Shown here: positions 24,299-35,119 of the stretch, piece by piece | How positions within the stretch are numbered: position 1 is the first letter of the stretch | How the letters are laid out: each line of letters opens with the position of its first letter | From: an uncultured Gemmatimonadales bacterium | Lineage (GTDB): Bacteria; Gemmatimonadota; Gemmatimonadetes; Gemmatimonadales; Gemmatimonadaceae | Length of the DNA stretch: 64,000 nucleotides | NCBI GenBank assembly: GCA_963851265.1 | Contig: CAWKNZ010000005.1 | Location: 160,001-224,000, forward strand | Reading direction: 5' to 3' | The notes under the pieces: generated by a model | What the model was told of the DNA's origin: nothing | Databases searched by the model: none | The model's input: the letters and a program-made list of their open reading frames with translations, nothing else | Position numbers and translations under genes: made by a program

Positions 24299-24919
24299 GT
24301 GACGCCCGTGCCTATACCCGTGACCTCACTTCCGCGTTCACCGGCGCATCCCACGCGCTCCTCGCGCCTCGCGTCCGCGGCCTGCTGCGCCGCGACACTC
24401 GCCGTGCTGCCCGCCATGGCCGCGCGCGTCGCGCGCGCCCAGGCCGCCCCCCCGCGCAGCCCGCCCGTCGACCAGACGCTCTCCGCGACGCCGCTCTTCA
24501 TCCCGCTCGGCAGCTTTTCGGCCGACTACGAACGCGCGGCGGGCGTGCGTGGGCTCACGGTCGGGGTCGCGGGCACGTACAACGCCACGACCCAGCTCTA
24601 CCCGCGTCGCGACCGCTGGCTCACGGGTCGCGTGATGTACTACCCCGCCGGCGTCGCGCTCGACGGATTCGGCGTGGGGGTCACCGCCGGCGCGCACCGC
24701 GCCGAACGGAAGTACCGCGAGGACCCGGCGGTCCTCGCCCACGACGGCGGCGCGACGCTCGGCGCGATCGCCACGTACAACTACTTCTTCGGTCCGCGTC
24801 GACGCCTGTTCTTCGGTCCGGGCGTCGGCGTGGAGCGCGTAGTGAAGAGCGTCGCGGCCAACTCGCCGCTCAGTCCGACCTACTACGAGGTGCGCGCGGC
24901 GATCGGCATCGCCTTCTGA
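24299..24919 (+). CDS. Secreted hypothetical protein (small beta-barrel-like; start uncertain)
   Basis: Signal peptide ending ARA-Q, beta-strand pattern, C-terminal IGIAF. Confidence 0.6.
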   Translation: MTPVPIPVTSLPRSPAHPTRSSRLASAACCAATLAVLPAMAARVARAQAAPPRSPPVDQTLSATPLFIPLGSFSADYERAAGVRGLTVGVAGTYNATTQLYPRRDRWLTGRVMYYPAGVALDGFGVGVTAGAHRAERKYREDPAVLAHDGGATLGAIATYNYFFGPRRRLFFGPGVGVERVVKSVAANSPLSPTYYEVRAAIGIAF

Positions 24920-24935
24920 GCCGCGCCGCTGCGTG

Positions 24936-25493
24936 CTACATGCCGGCGCGCTGACTCGACGGCGGCACGCGGCCGCGCAGGCGCAGATACGTCACGAGGT
25001 TGCCGTAGTGCTCGTCGTCGTGCGCGGCGTTCTGGATGAGCGACGGAACGCCGGCGCCCTGCGCGCCGCCGGCCGCCAGCGCCTGCGCGTCCGTGAGCGC
25101 GTAGGCGCGATCGCAGTACGCGAACGATTGCTGGAGCGCGTCGGAGATGGCGGCCTTCGTCGTCCGCGTCTTCTCGACGTCGGCCTGCATCGGGCTCGCC
25201 TCGCCGAGTGCCTTCGAGCAGTAGTAGAACTGTCCCGCGGCGACGTGGGCCAGCACCTGGCCGAGCGTGCGGACGCCGGGCGTCGGGCGGAACGCGTAGT
25301 CGCTGTCGGTGGCCTGCGCGGCAGTCTTGAGCAGGTTGTCCTTGACGCCGGCGTAGACGCCGCGCGTCGCGGTCATGACGGGGTTCGCGTCGCGCGTGGC
25401 GCCGGCGGGCGTGGACGCCGCGTTCTGCGCGGCGGCGACGCAGGGTGCGGCCGCGAGCACGAAGGCCGCGAGGGAGAGGACGGGCGATCGCAT
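24936..25493 (-). CDS. Secreted DinB family protein
   Basis: Signal peptide, FRPTPGVRTLGQVLAHVA, HDDEHYGNLVTYLR. Confidence 0.8.
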   Translation of the reverse strand: MRSPVLSLAAFVLAAAPCVAAAQNAASTPAGATRDANPVMTATRGVYAGVKDNLLKTAAQATDSDYAFRPTPGVRTLGQVLAHVAAGQFYYCSKALGEASPMQADVEKTRTTKAAISDALQQSFAYCDRAYALTDAQALAAGGAQGAGVPSLIQNAAHDDEHYGNLVTYLRLRGRVPPSSQRAGM

Positions 25494-25602
25494 GGTCGGG
25501 TCGGAATGGGAGAGGCGGCGTGCGCGTGTTCTGACGGCCGCCGTCGGCATGGCCGAACGCGTGGAGTATGGTGCGCCGCACGCCGTTCCGTCACCCGCGC
25601 TC

Positions 25603-26247
25603 TCACACGCCGCCTCGAGCACCGCCCCCGCGCACGGCGTCGGCCATCGCACGTTTCGAGTCCCGCGCGAACCGCCGCTGCAGCATCCGGCCGAGCGGAT
25701 GGCCCATCCTCGCCAGCACGTGCCCGGGTCGCGAGAACGCCGAGAGGTCGTACCACACGCGATCGTTCACCCGGCTCCACTCGACCGAGAACCGCTCCTC
25801 GCCCACCTCCGCGTGATCGGTGAGCGTGCCGTAGGCGAAGCCGAACCGCCGCACGTCGCCGGCCTGCTCGTCCAGCACGTACACGATGCGGCTCGGGTTC
25901 ACCGACCAGAAGCCGAAATGGCGGATCACCGCCGCGACGACCACACCCTCGCGGATCGGTGCGTCGCCGGGGTAGATGGTGCACCACCCGAGGGTGAACA
26001 TCGTCCACGCCCGGAGCGCGTCCGTGGCGCGGCGGAACACCTCGCCCCCCGACAGCTCTCCGACGTCGAGCCCGCCCGCGCTCAGCCCCGTGCCGCCGCC
26101 GAGCAGGACGCGGTTGCGATCGATCGTGTAGTCGTCGGGCATACGGCCGCGGGTCGCACCCACCTCAGCGTACGAGTGCGGCGTCTCGCGTTGGGCGTCG
26201 AGGTACCGGTCGAGCCAGCGCGCCGTCGGCTCGGTGGCGAGGAACAC
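25603..26247 (-). CDS. DUF1990 family protein
   Basis: SYAEVGAT, RFGFAYGTL..H.E.GEERF, AFSRP. Confidence 0.8.
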   Translation of the reverse strand: MFLATEPTARWLDRYLDAQRETPHSYAEVGATRGRMPDDYTIDRNRVLLGGGTGLSAGGLDVGELSGGEVFRRATDALRAWTMFTLGWCTIYPGDAPIREGVVVAAVIRHFGFWSVNPSRIVYVLDEQAGDVRRFGFAYGTLTDHAEVGEERFSVEWSRVNDRVWYDLSAFSRPGHVLARMGHPLGRMLQRRFARDSKRAMADAVRGGGARGGV

Positions 26248-26277
26248 CCGGCCGTCCAGGCGCGCCGCGCGGCGCGC

Positions 26278-27822
26278 CTAACGGTGGCCGGCCAGCGCCG
26301 GCTCGCCCGGCTCGACCGCGGCGGCCGTGTCGCGCCGGCCGCCGTCGGCGTCGCCGATCAGGTCGGCGACGATCTTGCCGCTGCTCATCACGCCCGGCAG
26401 CCCGGCGCCCGGGTGCGTGCCCGCGCCGGCGAAGTACAGGTTCGCGATGTCCTCGCTCCGGTTCTGCGGCCGCATCCACGCGCTCTGCAGCAGCGTCGGC
26501 TCGATCGAGAAGGCCGAGCCGAGGTACGAGTTGAGCGTGCCCTCGAAGTGCAGCGGGTCGATGCGGTGCTCCGAGACCACGTGCTTGGTGAGGTCGGGGA
26601 GGTACGTGCGCTCGAGGTACTGCATGATCGCGTCGCGGTAGCGCGGCGCCGCCTCGCGCCAGTCGGTCTTGCCCCCCAAATGCGGCACCGGCGAGAGCAC
26701 GTACCACGAGTCGCACCCCGGCGGCGCGAGCGACGGGTCGGTCGCGGTCGGGCGGTGCAGGTACAGCGAGAAGTCTTCGGCCAGCGTCTTCGTCCCGAAG
26801 ATTTCGTCCAGCAGCGGACGATACCGCGGGCCCATGAGGATCTCGTGGTGGGCGATGTCCTCGTAGCGGCGGTCCGTCCCGAAGTAGATCACGAACAGCG
26901 ACATCGAATACCGCTTGCGCCGGAGCTTCGCATCGGTCATCCGGCGGCGCACCGCTGGCGCGACCATCTTCATGTACGTGGTGGCCACGTCGGCGTTGCT
27001 CACGACCGCGTCGGCCCGCAGCCGCTCGCCGTCGACGAGGCGCACGCCGGTCGCGCGCGGCCCGCCGCGGCGCGACGCGTCGATCTCGATCTCGGCCACG
27101 TCGGCGTTCAGCCGCAGCTCGCCGCCCAGCTCCTCGAACAGCCGTGCGTACGCCTTCACCAGCGCGCCCGTGCCGCCCATCGCGAACCACACCCCCCACC
27201 GCTGCTCCAGCGTGTGGATGAGCGTGTAGATGCTCGTCGTCTGAAACGGGTTGCCGCCGACGAGCAGCGGGTGAAACGAGAACACCTGCCGCAGCCGCTC
27301 GTCCTTGATGTGCCGGTGCACGTACGACGCGACCGAGCGGTCGGCGCGCAGCCGCACGAGGTCGGGCAGCACGCGCGCCATGTCGGTCAGCTTCAGGAAC
27401 GGCTTGTCGATGAGGTCGAAGCCGGTCTTGAAGATCGCGTCGCCGCCGGCGAAGAACTTCTCGTAGCCGGCGACGTCGTCGGGGTTGAACTGCCGGATCT
27501 GCTCGATGACGTGGTCGCGGTTCCCGTCGTAGCGGAAGACCGAGCCGTCGGTGAAGCGGATGTTGTAGAACGGGTCGACGGGCACGAGGCGCACGTAGTC
27601 CTCGCTCTTCCGCCCGGCCAGCGCGAACAGGTCGTGGATGAGCCACGGCGCCGTGATGATGGTCGGGCCGCCGTCGAAGGTGAAGCCGTCCTGCTCGTAG
27701 ACGTACGCGCGTCCGCCGGGCTTGTCGCGCCGCTCGACGATCGTGACCTCGTGCCCCTGTGCCTGCAGCCGGATCGCGGCGGTGAGGCCGCCGAACCCCG
27801 ATCCGACGACGACGATCCTCAT
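26278..27822 (-). CDS. crtI: Phytoene desaturase
   Basis: GSGFGG FAD motif, FDGGPT, NLYFAGAGTHPGAGLPGV. Confidence 0.93.
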   Translation of the reverse strand: MRIVVVGSGFGGLTAAIRLQAQGHEVTIVERRDKPGGRAYVYEQDGFTFDGGPTIITAPWLIHDLFALAGRKSEDYVRLVPVDPFYNIRFTDGSVFRYDGNRDHVIEQIRQFNPDDVAGYEKFFAGGDAIFKTGFDLIDKPFLKLTDMARVLPDLVRLRADRSVASYVHRHIKDERLRQVFSFHPLLVGGNPFQTTSIYTLIHTLEQRWGVWFAMGGTGALVKAYARLFEELGGELRLNADVAEIEIDASRRGGPRATGVRLVDGERLRADAVVSNADVATTYMKMVAPAVRRRMTDAKLRRKRYSMSLFVIYFGTDRRYEDIAHHEILMGPRYRPLLDEIFGTKTLAEDFSLYLHRPTATDPSLAPPGCDSWYVLSPVPHLGGKTDWREAAPRYRDAIMQYLERTYLPDLTKHVVSEHRIDPLHFEGTLNSYLGSAFSIEPTLLQSAWMRPQNRSEDIANLYFAGAGTHPGAGLPGVMSSGKIVADLIGDADGGRRDTAAAVEPGEPALAGHR

Positions 27823-28784
27823 GCGGCCGGGGCGCGCCGCGCCGCGAGCGCGAGCGGGAGACCCATCGCGAGCGCGCCGAGCACGGCCGCCCAGGTCATC
27901 CCGTACCGCGCGCAGATCGTGATCGGCAGCACGCCGTTCACCGCGTAGAGCACCAGCGGGAATCTGGTTGGCGACACGCGCCGCGCCCACGCCGACGGCG
28001 GCACGATGGCGAGCATCACGCGCGCGACGATCGTTCCGGTCAGCAGCCAGCCGATCCAGTTGGAGAGTGGCATCCCGTAGAACAGGTCGCTCACGAACCA
28101 GCGCTGCAGCAGGGTTTGTTGCCCCGCCGCTGCGAGGTGCCACGTCCAGTGCGCGGTGCGCACCATCGCCGGGTCCATCGAGACGTCCCACGCCGTGAGC
28201 ACGAGGCCCGCGACCGCGGCCCACGCCCACCGGCCGCGCGCGTCATCACGCGCCGAGAGCAGCCGCCCGCAGATCGCGAGCGAGCAGTAGAGCATGAAGA
28301 ACCAGCTCGTGGGGATGTTGAACGGGACGAGGCCGAGGACCTTGTAGCCGAGCAGCCCGCTGTAGCCGTAGGGCCCGAACGGGTACCCGGTGTGCGTGCC
28401 CGACAACTCCGCGGTGAGCGAGATCAGAAATCCGAAGATGAAGATCAGCCCCGCGCGGCGGGCGCCGAGCCGGCCGGCCGCGTGCAGCAGCCCGGCCAGC
28501 GCGCCGAGCACCACCGTCGTCGCCGGCCCGAAGGTCCACCCGATCTGGAGCGCGCGCGCGTTCGCCGGCTCCGCGAGCCACGCGGGCGGCGCGCCGCTCA
28601 GGAACGTCGCGAACGCGACGGCCGAGAAGATCGAGAGCGCGGCGTGGAACGCGAGGCACACCGTGGCGGCGCGCACGAAGCGCGCGCCGACGGTCTGGTC
28701 GAGCGCGTCGGCCGGGGCGCCGTGCGGCGCGGCGGCCGGCCGGTCGAGTCCCGCACTGGCGCGGGGAAGGGCAGCGGACGACAT
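27819..28784 (-). CDS. cruF: Carotenoid biosynthesis membrane protein (CruF-type 1,2-hydratase)
   Basis: TGYPFGPYGY, AWDVSMDP, YGMPLSNWIGW; lies between crtB and crtI. Confidence 0.75.
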   Translation of the reverse strand: MSSAALPRASAGLDRPAAAPHGAPADALDQTVGARFVRAATVCLAFHAALSIFSAVAFATFLSGAPPAWLAEPANARALQIGWTFGPATTVVLGALAGLLHAAGRLGARRAGLIFIFGFLISLTAELSGTHTGYPFGPYGYSGLLGYKVLGLVPFNIPTSWFFMLYCSLAICGRLLSARDDARGRWAWAAVAGLVLTAWDVSMDPAMVRTAHWTWHLAAAGQQTLLQRWFVSDLFYGMPLSNWIGWLLTGTIVARVMLAIVPPSAWARRVSPTRFPLVLYAVNGVLPITICARYGMTWAAVLGALAMGLPLALAARRAPAA

Positions 28785-28832
28785 GGGCGGAGATGATGGG
28801 CGCGGTGAGGCGGGCGCGTTAGGCGGTGTGCG

Positions 28833-29933
28833 TCACGCGAGCGCGACGGGGTCGGGGACGGGCGCGTGCACGTCGTGCGCCTCGACCCGGCCGCCGCGGA
28901 AGCGCCACGCCTGCCAGAGCACCGCCGCGCGGCGCGACGAGTTGAGCGAGGCGCGGCGCGTGATCGTGTCGTACCCCGCGCGCTCGATCGCGCCGAGGAT
29001 GCCCGCGTAGCCGGTCGAGCACGCGGCGGCGCAGCGGCGGGCGTCGGGGGCGAGCAGGGCGATGCCCGGCGCCGCCGCGTCGTAGAGCGCGCGCGCCCGG
29101 GCGACCATCGCCGCAGCGAACGCGATCCACCGCGGGTCGCAGGCGAGCGCCGCGGCCGCCGACGGGCCTGCCCCTCCGCGGTCCGGCGCCCCCGCGCGCT
29201 CGAGGACGTCATCGGGCGTGAGGTCGAACGCGGCGAGGTCGCTCGCGGGCAGGTAGCAGCGGCCGCGCCGCGCGTCCTCGCCCACGTCGCGCAGGATGTT
29301 CGTGAGCTGCATCGCCACGCCGAGGGTGCGCGCGTAAGGCAGCGCGCGGGCGCGCAGGCGTTCGGTGGTGAACGCGGTCCCCAGCGGCGCGACCGCCGCG
29401 TCGCCCACCCCGAAGACGTACGTGCACATCACGCCCACCGAGCTCGCCACCCCCTCGCAGTACTCCACCAGCTCGGCCCACGTCTCATAGCGCGTCGGCG
29501 CGAGGTCCCGCGCCACGCCGGCGAGCAACTCGCGCAGCGTCTCGGCCGGCACGCCGTGGGCATCCACCACGCGCCGCAATTCGCGGAACACCGGGGCGTG
29601 CGCGGCGACGCTCGCCGGAAGCCCAGCCGCGCCCAGCCGCGTCCGCTCGCCGTACAGGGCGACGTCGAGCGCCCGCTCGTAGTCGGCCAACTCGCGCGCG
29701 ACCGCGTCCGGGGTGGCCGCCTCGCCGTAACGGCCCTGCGCGCGGTCGACCAAGTCGTCGGCGATCCGGCAGAACGCGTAGAGCGCGTACGCGTCGCGGC
29801 GCTTGGCCGGCGACAGCAGCCAGCTCGCCAGATAGAACGTCCGCCCGTGCTCCCGAACGACGGCGGCGCACCCGCGCGCGTCGTGATGCGCGGCGACATC
29901 GCGTCGGGTCGAGCGTCGGGCGAGTTCGGTCAT
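28833..29933 (-). CDS. crtB: Phytoene synthase
   Basis: YAFCRIADDLVD, YCEGVA, QLTNILRDVGED, GRCYLP. Confidence 0.92.
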   Translation of the reverse strand: MTELARRSTRRDVAAHHDARGCAAVVREHGRTFYLASWLLSPAKRRDAYALYAFCRIADDLVDRAQGRYGEAATPDAVARELADYERALDVALYGERTRLGAAGLPASVAAHAPVFRELRRVVDAHGVPAETLRELLAGVARDLAPTRYETWAELVEYCEGVASSVGVMCTYVFGVGDAAVAPLGTAFTTERLRARALPYARTLGVAMQLTNILRDVGEDARRGRCYLPASDLAAFDLTPDDVLERAGAPDRGGAGPSAAAALACDPRWIAFAAAMVARARALYDAAAPGIALLAPDARRCAAACSTGYAGILGAIERAGYDTITRRASLNSSRRAAVLWQAWRFRGGRVEAHDVHAPVPDPVALA

Positions 29934-30042
29934 CGCGTGGCGTGGGTCCGGGGAGCGAGGCGATCGGTGTGACCAGAGCGTGGGCACCGCGTCCGCCCGC
30001 AAACGACTGGCCGCGGGCTCACGGTTCCCCGAAAGCCGAGGA

Positions 30043-30123
30043 TGCTCGGGGCGGGACTCGAACCCGCACGCCTTGCGGCACCAGATCCTAAGTCTGGCGC
30101 GTCTGCCATTTCGCCACCCGAGC
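30043..30123 (-). tRNA. tRNA-Leu (anticodon TAG); CCA not encoded
   Basis: Acceptor GCTCGGG/CCCGAGC-A, anticodon arm CCAGA-CTTAGGA-TCTGG, long variable arm, GGTTCGAGTCC T-arm. Confidence 0.95.
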
Positions 30124-30205
30124 CAACCCGCCCCTCGCGGCCAATTATAGCCGCGACGACGCTGCAACGCGTCGGCCGCGGCAGCGCTCGCGCCAGCACC
30201 CGTCG

Positions 30206-31810
<1,605 letters not shown>

Positions 31811-31841
31811 GGCCGGGTCGGTGTGGGGCGTCCTGCAATAT

Positions 31842-31882
31842 GCGAACGGGGGCGGCACCCGTTGGGTGCCGCCCCCGTTCGC
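31842..31882 (-). terminator. Hairpin downstream of dnaK
   Basis: GCGAACGGGGGCGGCACCC-gtt-GGGTGCCGCCCCCGTTCGC, perfect 19-bp stem. Confidence 0.65.
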
Positions 31883-31897
31883 TGACGGCATCGCGAC

Positions 31898-33811
31898 TTA
31901 CTTCTTGTCGTCCACGATCTCGTAGTCGGCCTCGACCACGTCGTCGTTCGCGCGACCGGCGGTCGCGCCGGCCGGCTCGCCCTGGCCGTCGCCGTCCGTC
32001 CCGGCGGCACCCTGCTGGGCGTAGAACGACTGCCCGGCCTCGCTGAACACCTTGGTCAGGTTCTCCTGCGCCGACCGGATCGCGCCCACGTCGTCGCCGC
32101 GGAGCGCGGTACGGGCCTGCTCGACCGCCGCGTCCACGCGGGACTTGGTGTCGGCTGGAACCTTGTCTCCCCACTCCTTGACGTTCTTCTCGACCTCGTA
32201 GGTGAGCGAGTCGAGCCGGTTGCGCGTGTCGATCTCCTCGCGGCGCGTCTTGTCCGCCTGGGCGTTCGCCTCGGCGTCCTTGACCATCTTGGAGATCTCC
32301 GCGTCCGACAGCCCGCTCGAGGCCTCGATGCGGATCTTCTGCTCCTTCCCGGTCTGCTTGTCCTTCGCCGTCACGTGCAGGATGCCGTTCGCGTCGATGT
32401 CGAAGGTGACCTCGACCTGCGGCATGCCGCGCGGTGCGGGCGGGATGCCCGTGAGCTGGAACTTGCCGATCGTCTTGTTGTAGGTCGCCAGCTCGCGCTC
32501 GCCCTGGAGGACGTGGATCTCGACCTGCGTCTGGTTGTCGTCGGCCGTCGAGAAGGTCTCGGTCTTCTTGGTCGGGATCGTCGTGTTGCGCGGGATGAGC
32601 GCGGTCATCACGCCGCCGAGCGTCTCGATGCCGAGCGAGAGCGGGGTCACGTCGAGCAGCAGCACGTCCTTCTGCTCACCCGTGAGCACCGCGCCCTGGA
32701 TCGCGGCGCCGATGGCGACGACCTCGTCCGGGTTCACGCCGCGGTTGGGATCCTTGCCGAAGAACTTCTTGACGATCTCCTGGATTTTCGGGATGCGCGT
32801 CGAGCCGCCGACGAGGATCACCTCGTCGATCTTGTCCGGCGTGAGCCCCGCGTCCTCGAGCGCCTTCTGCATCGGCGGCATCGTGCGCTGCACGAGGTCG
32901 TCGACGAGCTGCTCGAACTTGGCGCGGCTGAGCTGGTAGTTGAGGTGCTTGGGGCCCGACGCGTCGGCCGTGATGAACGGCAGGTTGATGTCGGTCGACT
33001 GCGTGCTCGACAGCTCCATCTTCGCCTTCTCGCCGGCCTCCTTCAGGCGCTGGAGCGCCATCGGGTCCTTCGAGAGGTCGATGCCCTGGTCGCGCTTGAA
33101 CTCCTGGACGAGCCAGTCGATGACGCGCTGGTCGAAGTCGTCGCCGCCGAGGTGCGTGTCGCCGTTGGTCGACTTGACCTCGAAGACGCCCTCGCTCAGC
33201 TCGAGCACCGAGATGTCGTACGTGCCGCCGCCGAGGTCGAACACGGCGATGGTCTCTTCCTTCTTCTTGTCGAGGCCGTAGGCGAGCGCGGCCGCCGTGG
33301 GTTCGTTGACGATGCGGAGCACGTCGAGCCCGGCGATCTTACCGGCGTCCTTGGTGGCCTGGCGCTGCGAGTCGTTGAAGTAGGCCGGCACCGTGACGAC
33401 CGCCTTGGACACCGAGTGCCCGAGGTAGTCCTCCGCCGTCTGCTTCATCTTCTGCAGGATCATCGCCGAGATCTCGGGCGGCGTGTAGCGCTTGCCCTGG
33501 ATCTCGACCGCGGCGAGATCGTTGGTGCCGGGGACGATCTTGTACGGGACGCGCTTCGCCTCTTCCTGCACTTCGCCCACCTTGCGCCCCATGAAGCGCT
33601 TGATGGAGAAGATCGTGTTGGTCGGGTTGGTGACGGCCTGGCGCTTGGCGATCTGCCCGACCAGGCGCTCGCCGTCCTTCGTGAAGGCGACGACCGACGG
33701 CGTGGTGCGGCCGCCTTCCGCGTTCGGGATGACGACCGGGTCGCCCCCCTCGAGGACCGCGACGACCGAGTTGGTCGTGCCGAGGTCGATGCCGATGACC
33801 TTGTCTGCCAT
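31898..33811 (-). CDS. dnaK: Chaperone DnaK
   Basis: [32 protein letters not shown]. Confidence 0.98.
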   Translation of the reverse strand: MADKVIGIDLGTTNSVVAVLEGGDPVVIPNAEGGRTTPSVVAFTKDGERLVGQIAKRQAVTNPTNTIFSIKRFMGRKVGEVQEEAKRVPYKIVPGTNDLAAVEIQGKRYTPPEISAMILQKMKQTAEDYLGHSVSKAVVTVPAYFNDSQRQATKDAGKIAGLDVLRIVNEPTAAALAYGLDKKKEETIAVFDLGGGTYDISVLELSEGVFEVKSTNGDTHLGGDDFDQRVIDWLVQEFKRDQGIDLSKDPMALQRLKEAGEKAKMELSSTQSTDINLPFITADASGPKHLNYQLSRAKFEQLVDDLVQRTMPPMQKALEDAGLTPDKIDEVILVGGSTRIPKIQEIVKKFFGKDPNRGVNPDEVVAIGAAIQGAVLTGEQKDVLLLDVTPLSLGIETLGGVMTALIPRNTTIPTKKTETFSTADDNQTQVEIHVLQGERELATYNKTIGKFQLTGIPPAPRGMPQVEVTFDIDANGILHVTAKDKQTGKEQKIRIEASSGLSDAEISKMVKDAEANAQADKTRREEIDTRNRLDSLTYEVEKNVKEWGDKVPADTKSRVDAAVEQARTALRGDDVGAIRSAQENLTKVFSEAGQSFYAQQGAAGTDGDGQGEPAGATAGRANDDVVEADYEIVDDKK

Positions 33812-33998
33812 GAGTTCGGTGGATGGGTGGAAGGTGGTGGTGCTCACGTGCTGCGTGCTGGCCTGCTGTATGGCAAGCAGGGGACCGGGGATCGCTGCCG
33901 CCGCGGCAGATTCGATCGGCCCGTCGGGCGGGGCGGGCTGACACGCTGACACGCCCGGCCCCGTTCTGGCAGGGAGCGCCCATTCTCCCACCCGACCC

Positions 33999-34784
33999 AT
34001 GTTCCCGATCAGCGACGACAACCCGACCCTGCGCACGCCCGTCGTCACCTACGCCCTGCTCATCACCCTGCTCGTCGTCTTCGTGTTCGTGCAGGGCGGG
34101 GGCGGCTTCGTGGGGCCCGACGGCGCGTACAAACTCGTCGCGAGCGTCTGCAACTGGGGGATGGTGCCCGGCGAGCTGACCCACCGCGCCCCGTTCGGGC
34201 TGCGCGTGCCGATGGCGCCGGGGGTCGATTGCGTGGTCGATAACGATGCCCGCAACGTGCTCACGCCGCTCACCTCGATGTTCCTGCACGGCGGCTGGAT
34301 GCACCTGCTCGGCAATTCGCTCTACCTCTGGGTGTTCGGCAACAACGTCGAGGACTCGATGGGGCGCCGTCGCTTCCTCGCTTTCTACCTGATTTGCGGG
34401 CTCACCGCGGCGGCCACGCACGTGCTCGTCGAGGGAGCGAGCCCGGTACCCACGGTCGGGGCATCGGGCGCGATCTCGGGAATTCTGGGCGGCTACCTCG
34501 TGCTCTACCCGCGCGTGCGCGTGCGGACGTTCTTCCCGCCCTTCTTCCTGTTTCACGTCCCCGCGTGGGCGTACCTGATTTTCTGGTTCGCGGGGCAGGC
34601 GCTCACCGGGGTCGCGTCGCTCAACGCGATGCGCCCCGACGCGTCGTCGGGCGTGGCCGTCTGGGCCCACATCGGCGGCTTCGTCGCGGGGTTCGTCCTC
34701 GTGCGGCTGTTCGAGGACCGCGGGCGCGTTGCGCGGCGCGTCTCGGCCGGCGACGCGCGGGCAGTCTGGGACCCGACCGCGTGA
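33999..34784 (+). CDS. Rhomboid intramembrane serine protease
   Basis: [21 protein letters not shown]. Confidence 0.92.
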   Translation: MFPISDDNPTLRTPVVTYALLITLLVVFVFVQGGGGFVGPDGAYKLVASVCNWGMVPGELTHRAPFGLRVPMAPGVDCVVDNDARNVLTPLTSMFLHGGWMHLLGNSLYLWVFGNNVEDSMGRRRFLAFYLICGLTAAATHVLVEGASPVPTVGASGAISGILGGYLVLYPRVRVRTFFPPFFLFHVPAWAYLIFWFAGQALTGVASLNAMRPDASSGVAVWAHIGGFVAGFVLVRLFEDRGRVARRVSAGDARAVWDPTA

Positions 34785-34809
34785 CCCGATCCCATCGTAA
34801 CCCCCGCCC

Positions 34810-34938
34810 ACGCGCCTGATTCCGAACGACGAGCAGTTCTACGGCATGTTCGGCGAGCTCGCCCGCCGCATCACGGAGAGCCGCCTGCCCGCGCTCGCGA
34901 AGGCCGGCGCGACGGGCATCACGTTCGGCCGCAAGTGA
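34810..34938 (+). pseudogene. Remnant of a DUF47 (PhoU-like, Pit-accessory) gene
   Basis: ACG-RLIPNDEQFYGMFGELARRITES...FGRK*; resembles DUF47 N-termini, start codon reads ACG, just upstream of ppk1. Confidence 0.5.
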
Positions 34939-35119
34939 ATCGACACGCTGTCGGCCATTGGGCGTGGGTGCTGACAATTCCGGCGGCGGGGCTCGTGGCC
35001 GCGCGCTGTTTCCTGGCGTTGCGCGCGATCGCGCCGGCCGCCAACGGGTGGGCGCGGCAGTTTGTAACGGCGTGCCCGGCCGCGGCCCGCGTCCCGCGGC
35101 GGCCGCATATGATTGACGC

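Noticed and set aside
30043..30123. tRNA-Leu as an integration site for an island
   Set aside because: No integrase, and I saw no duplicated tRNA 3' end in the window; the flanking genes look native.
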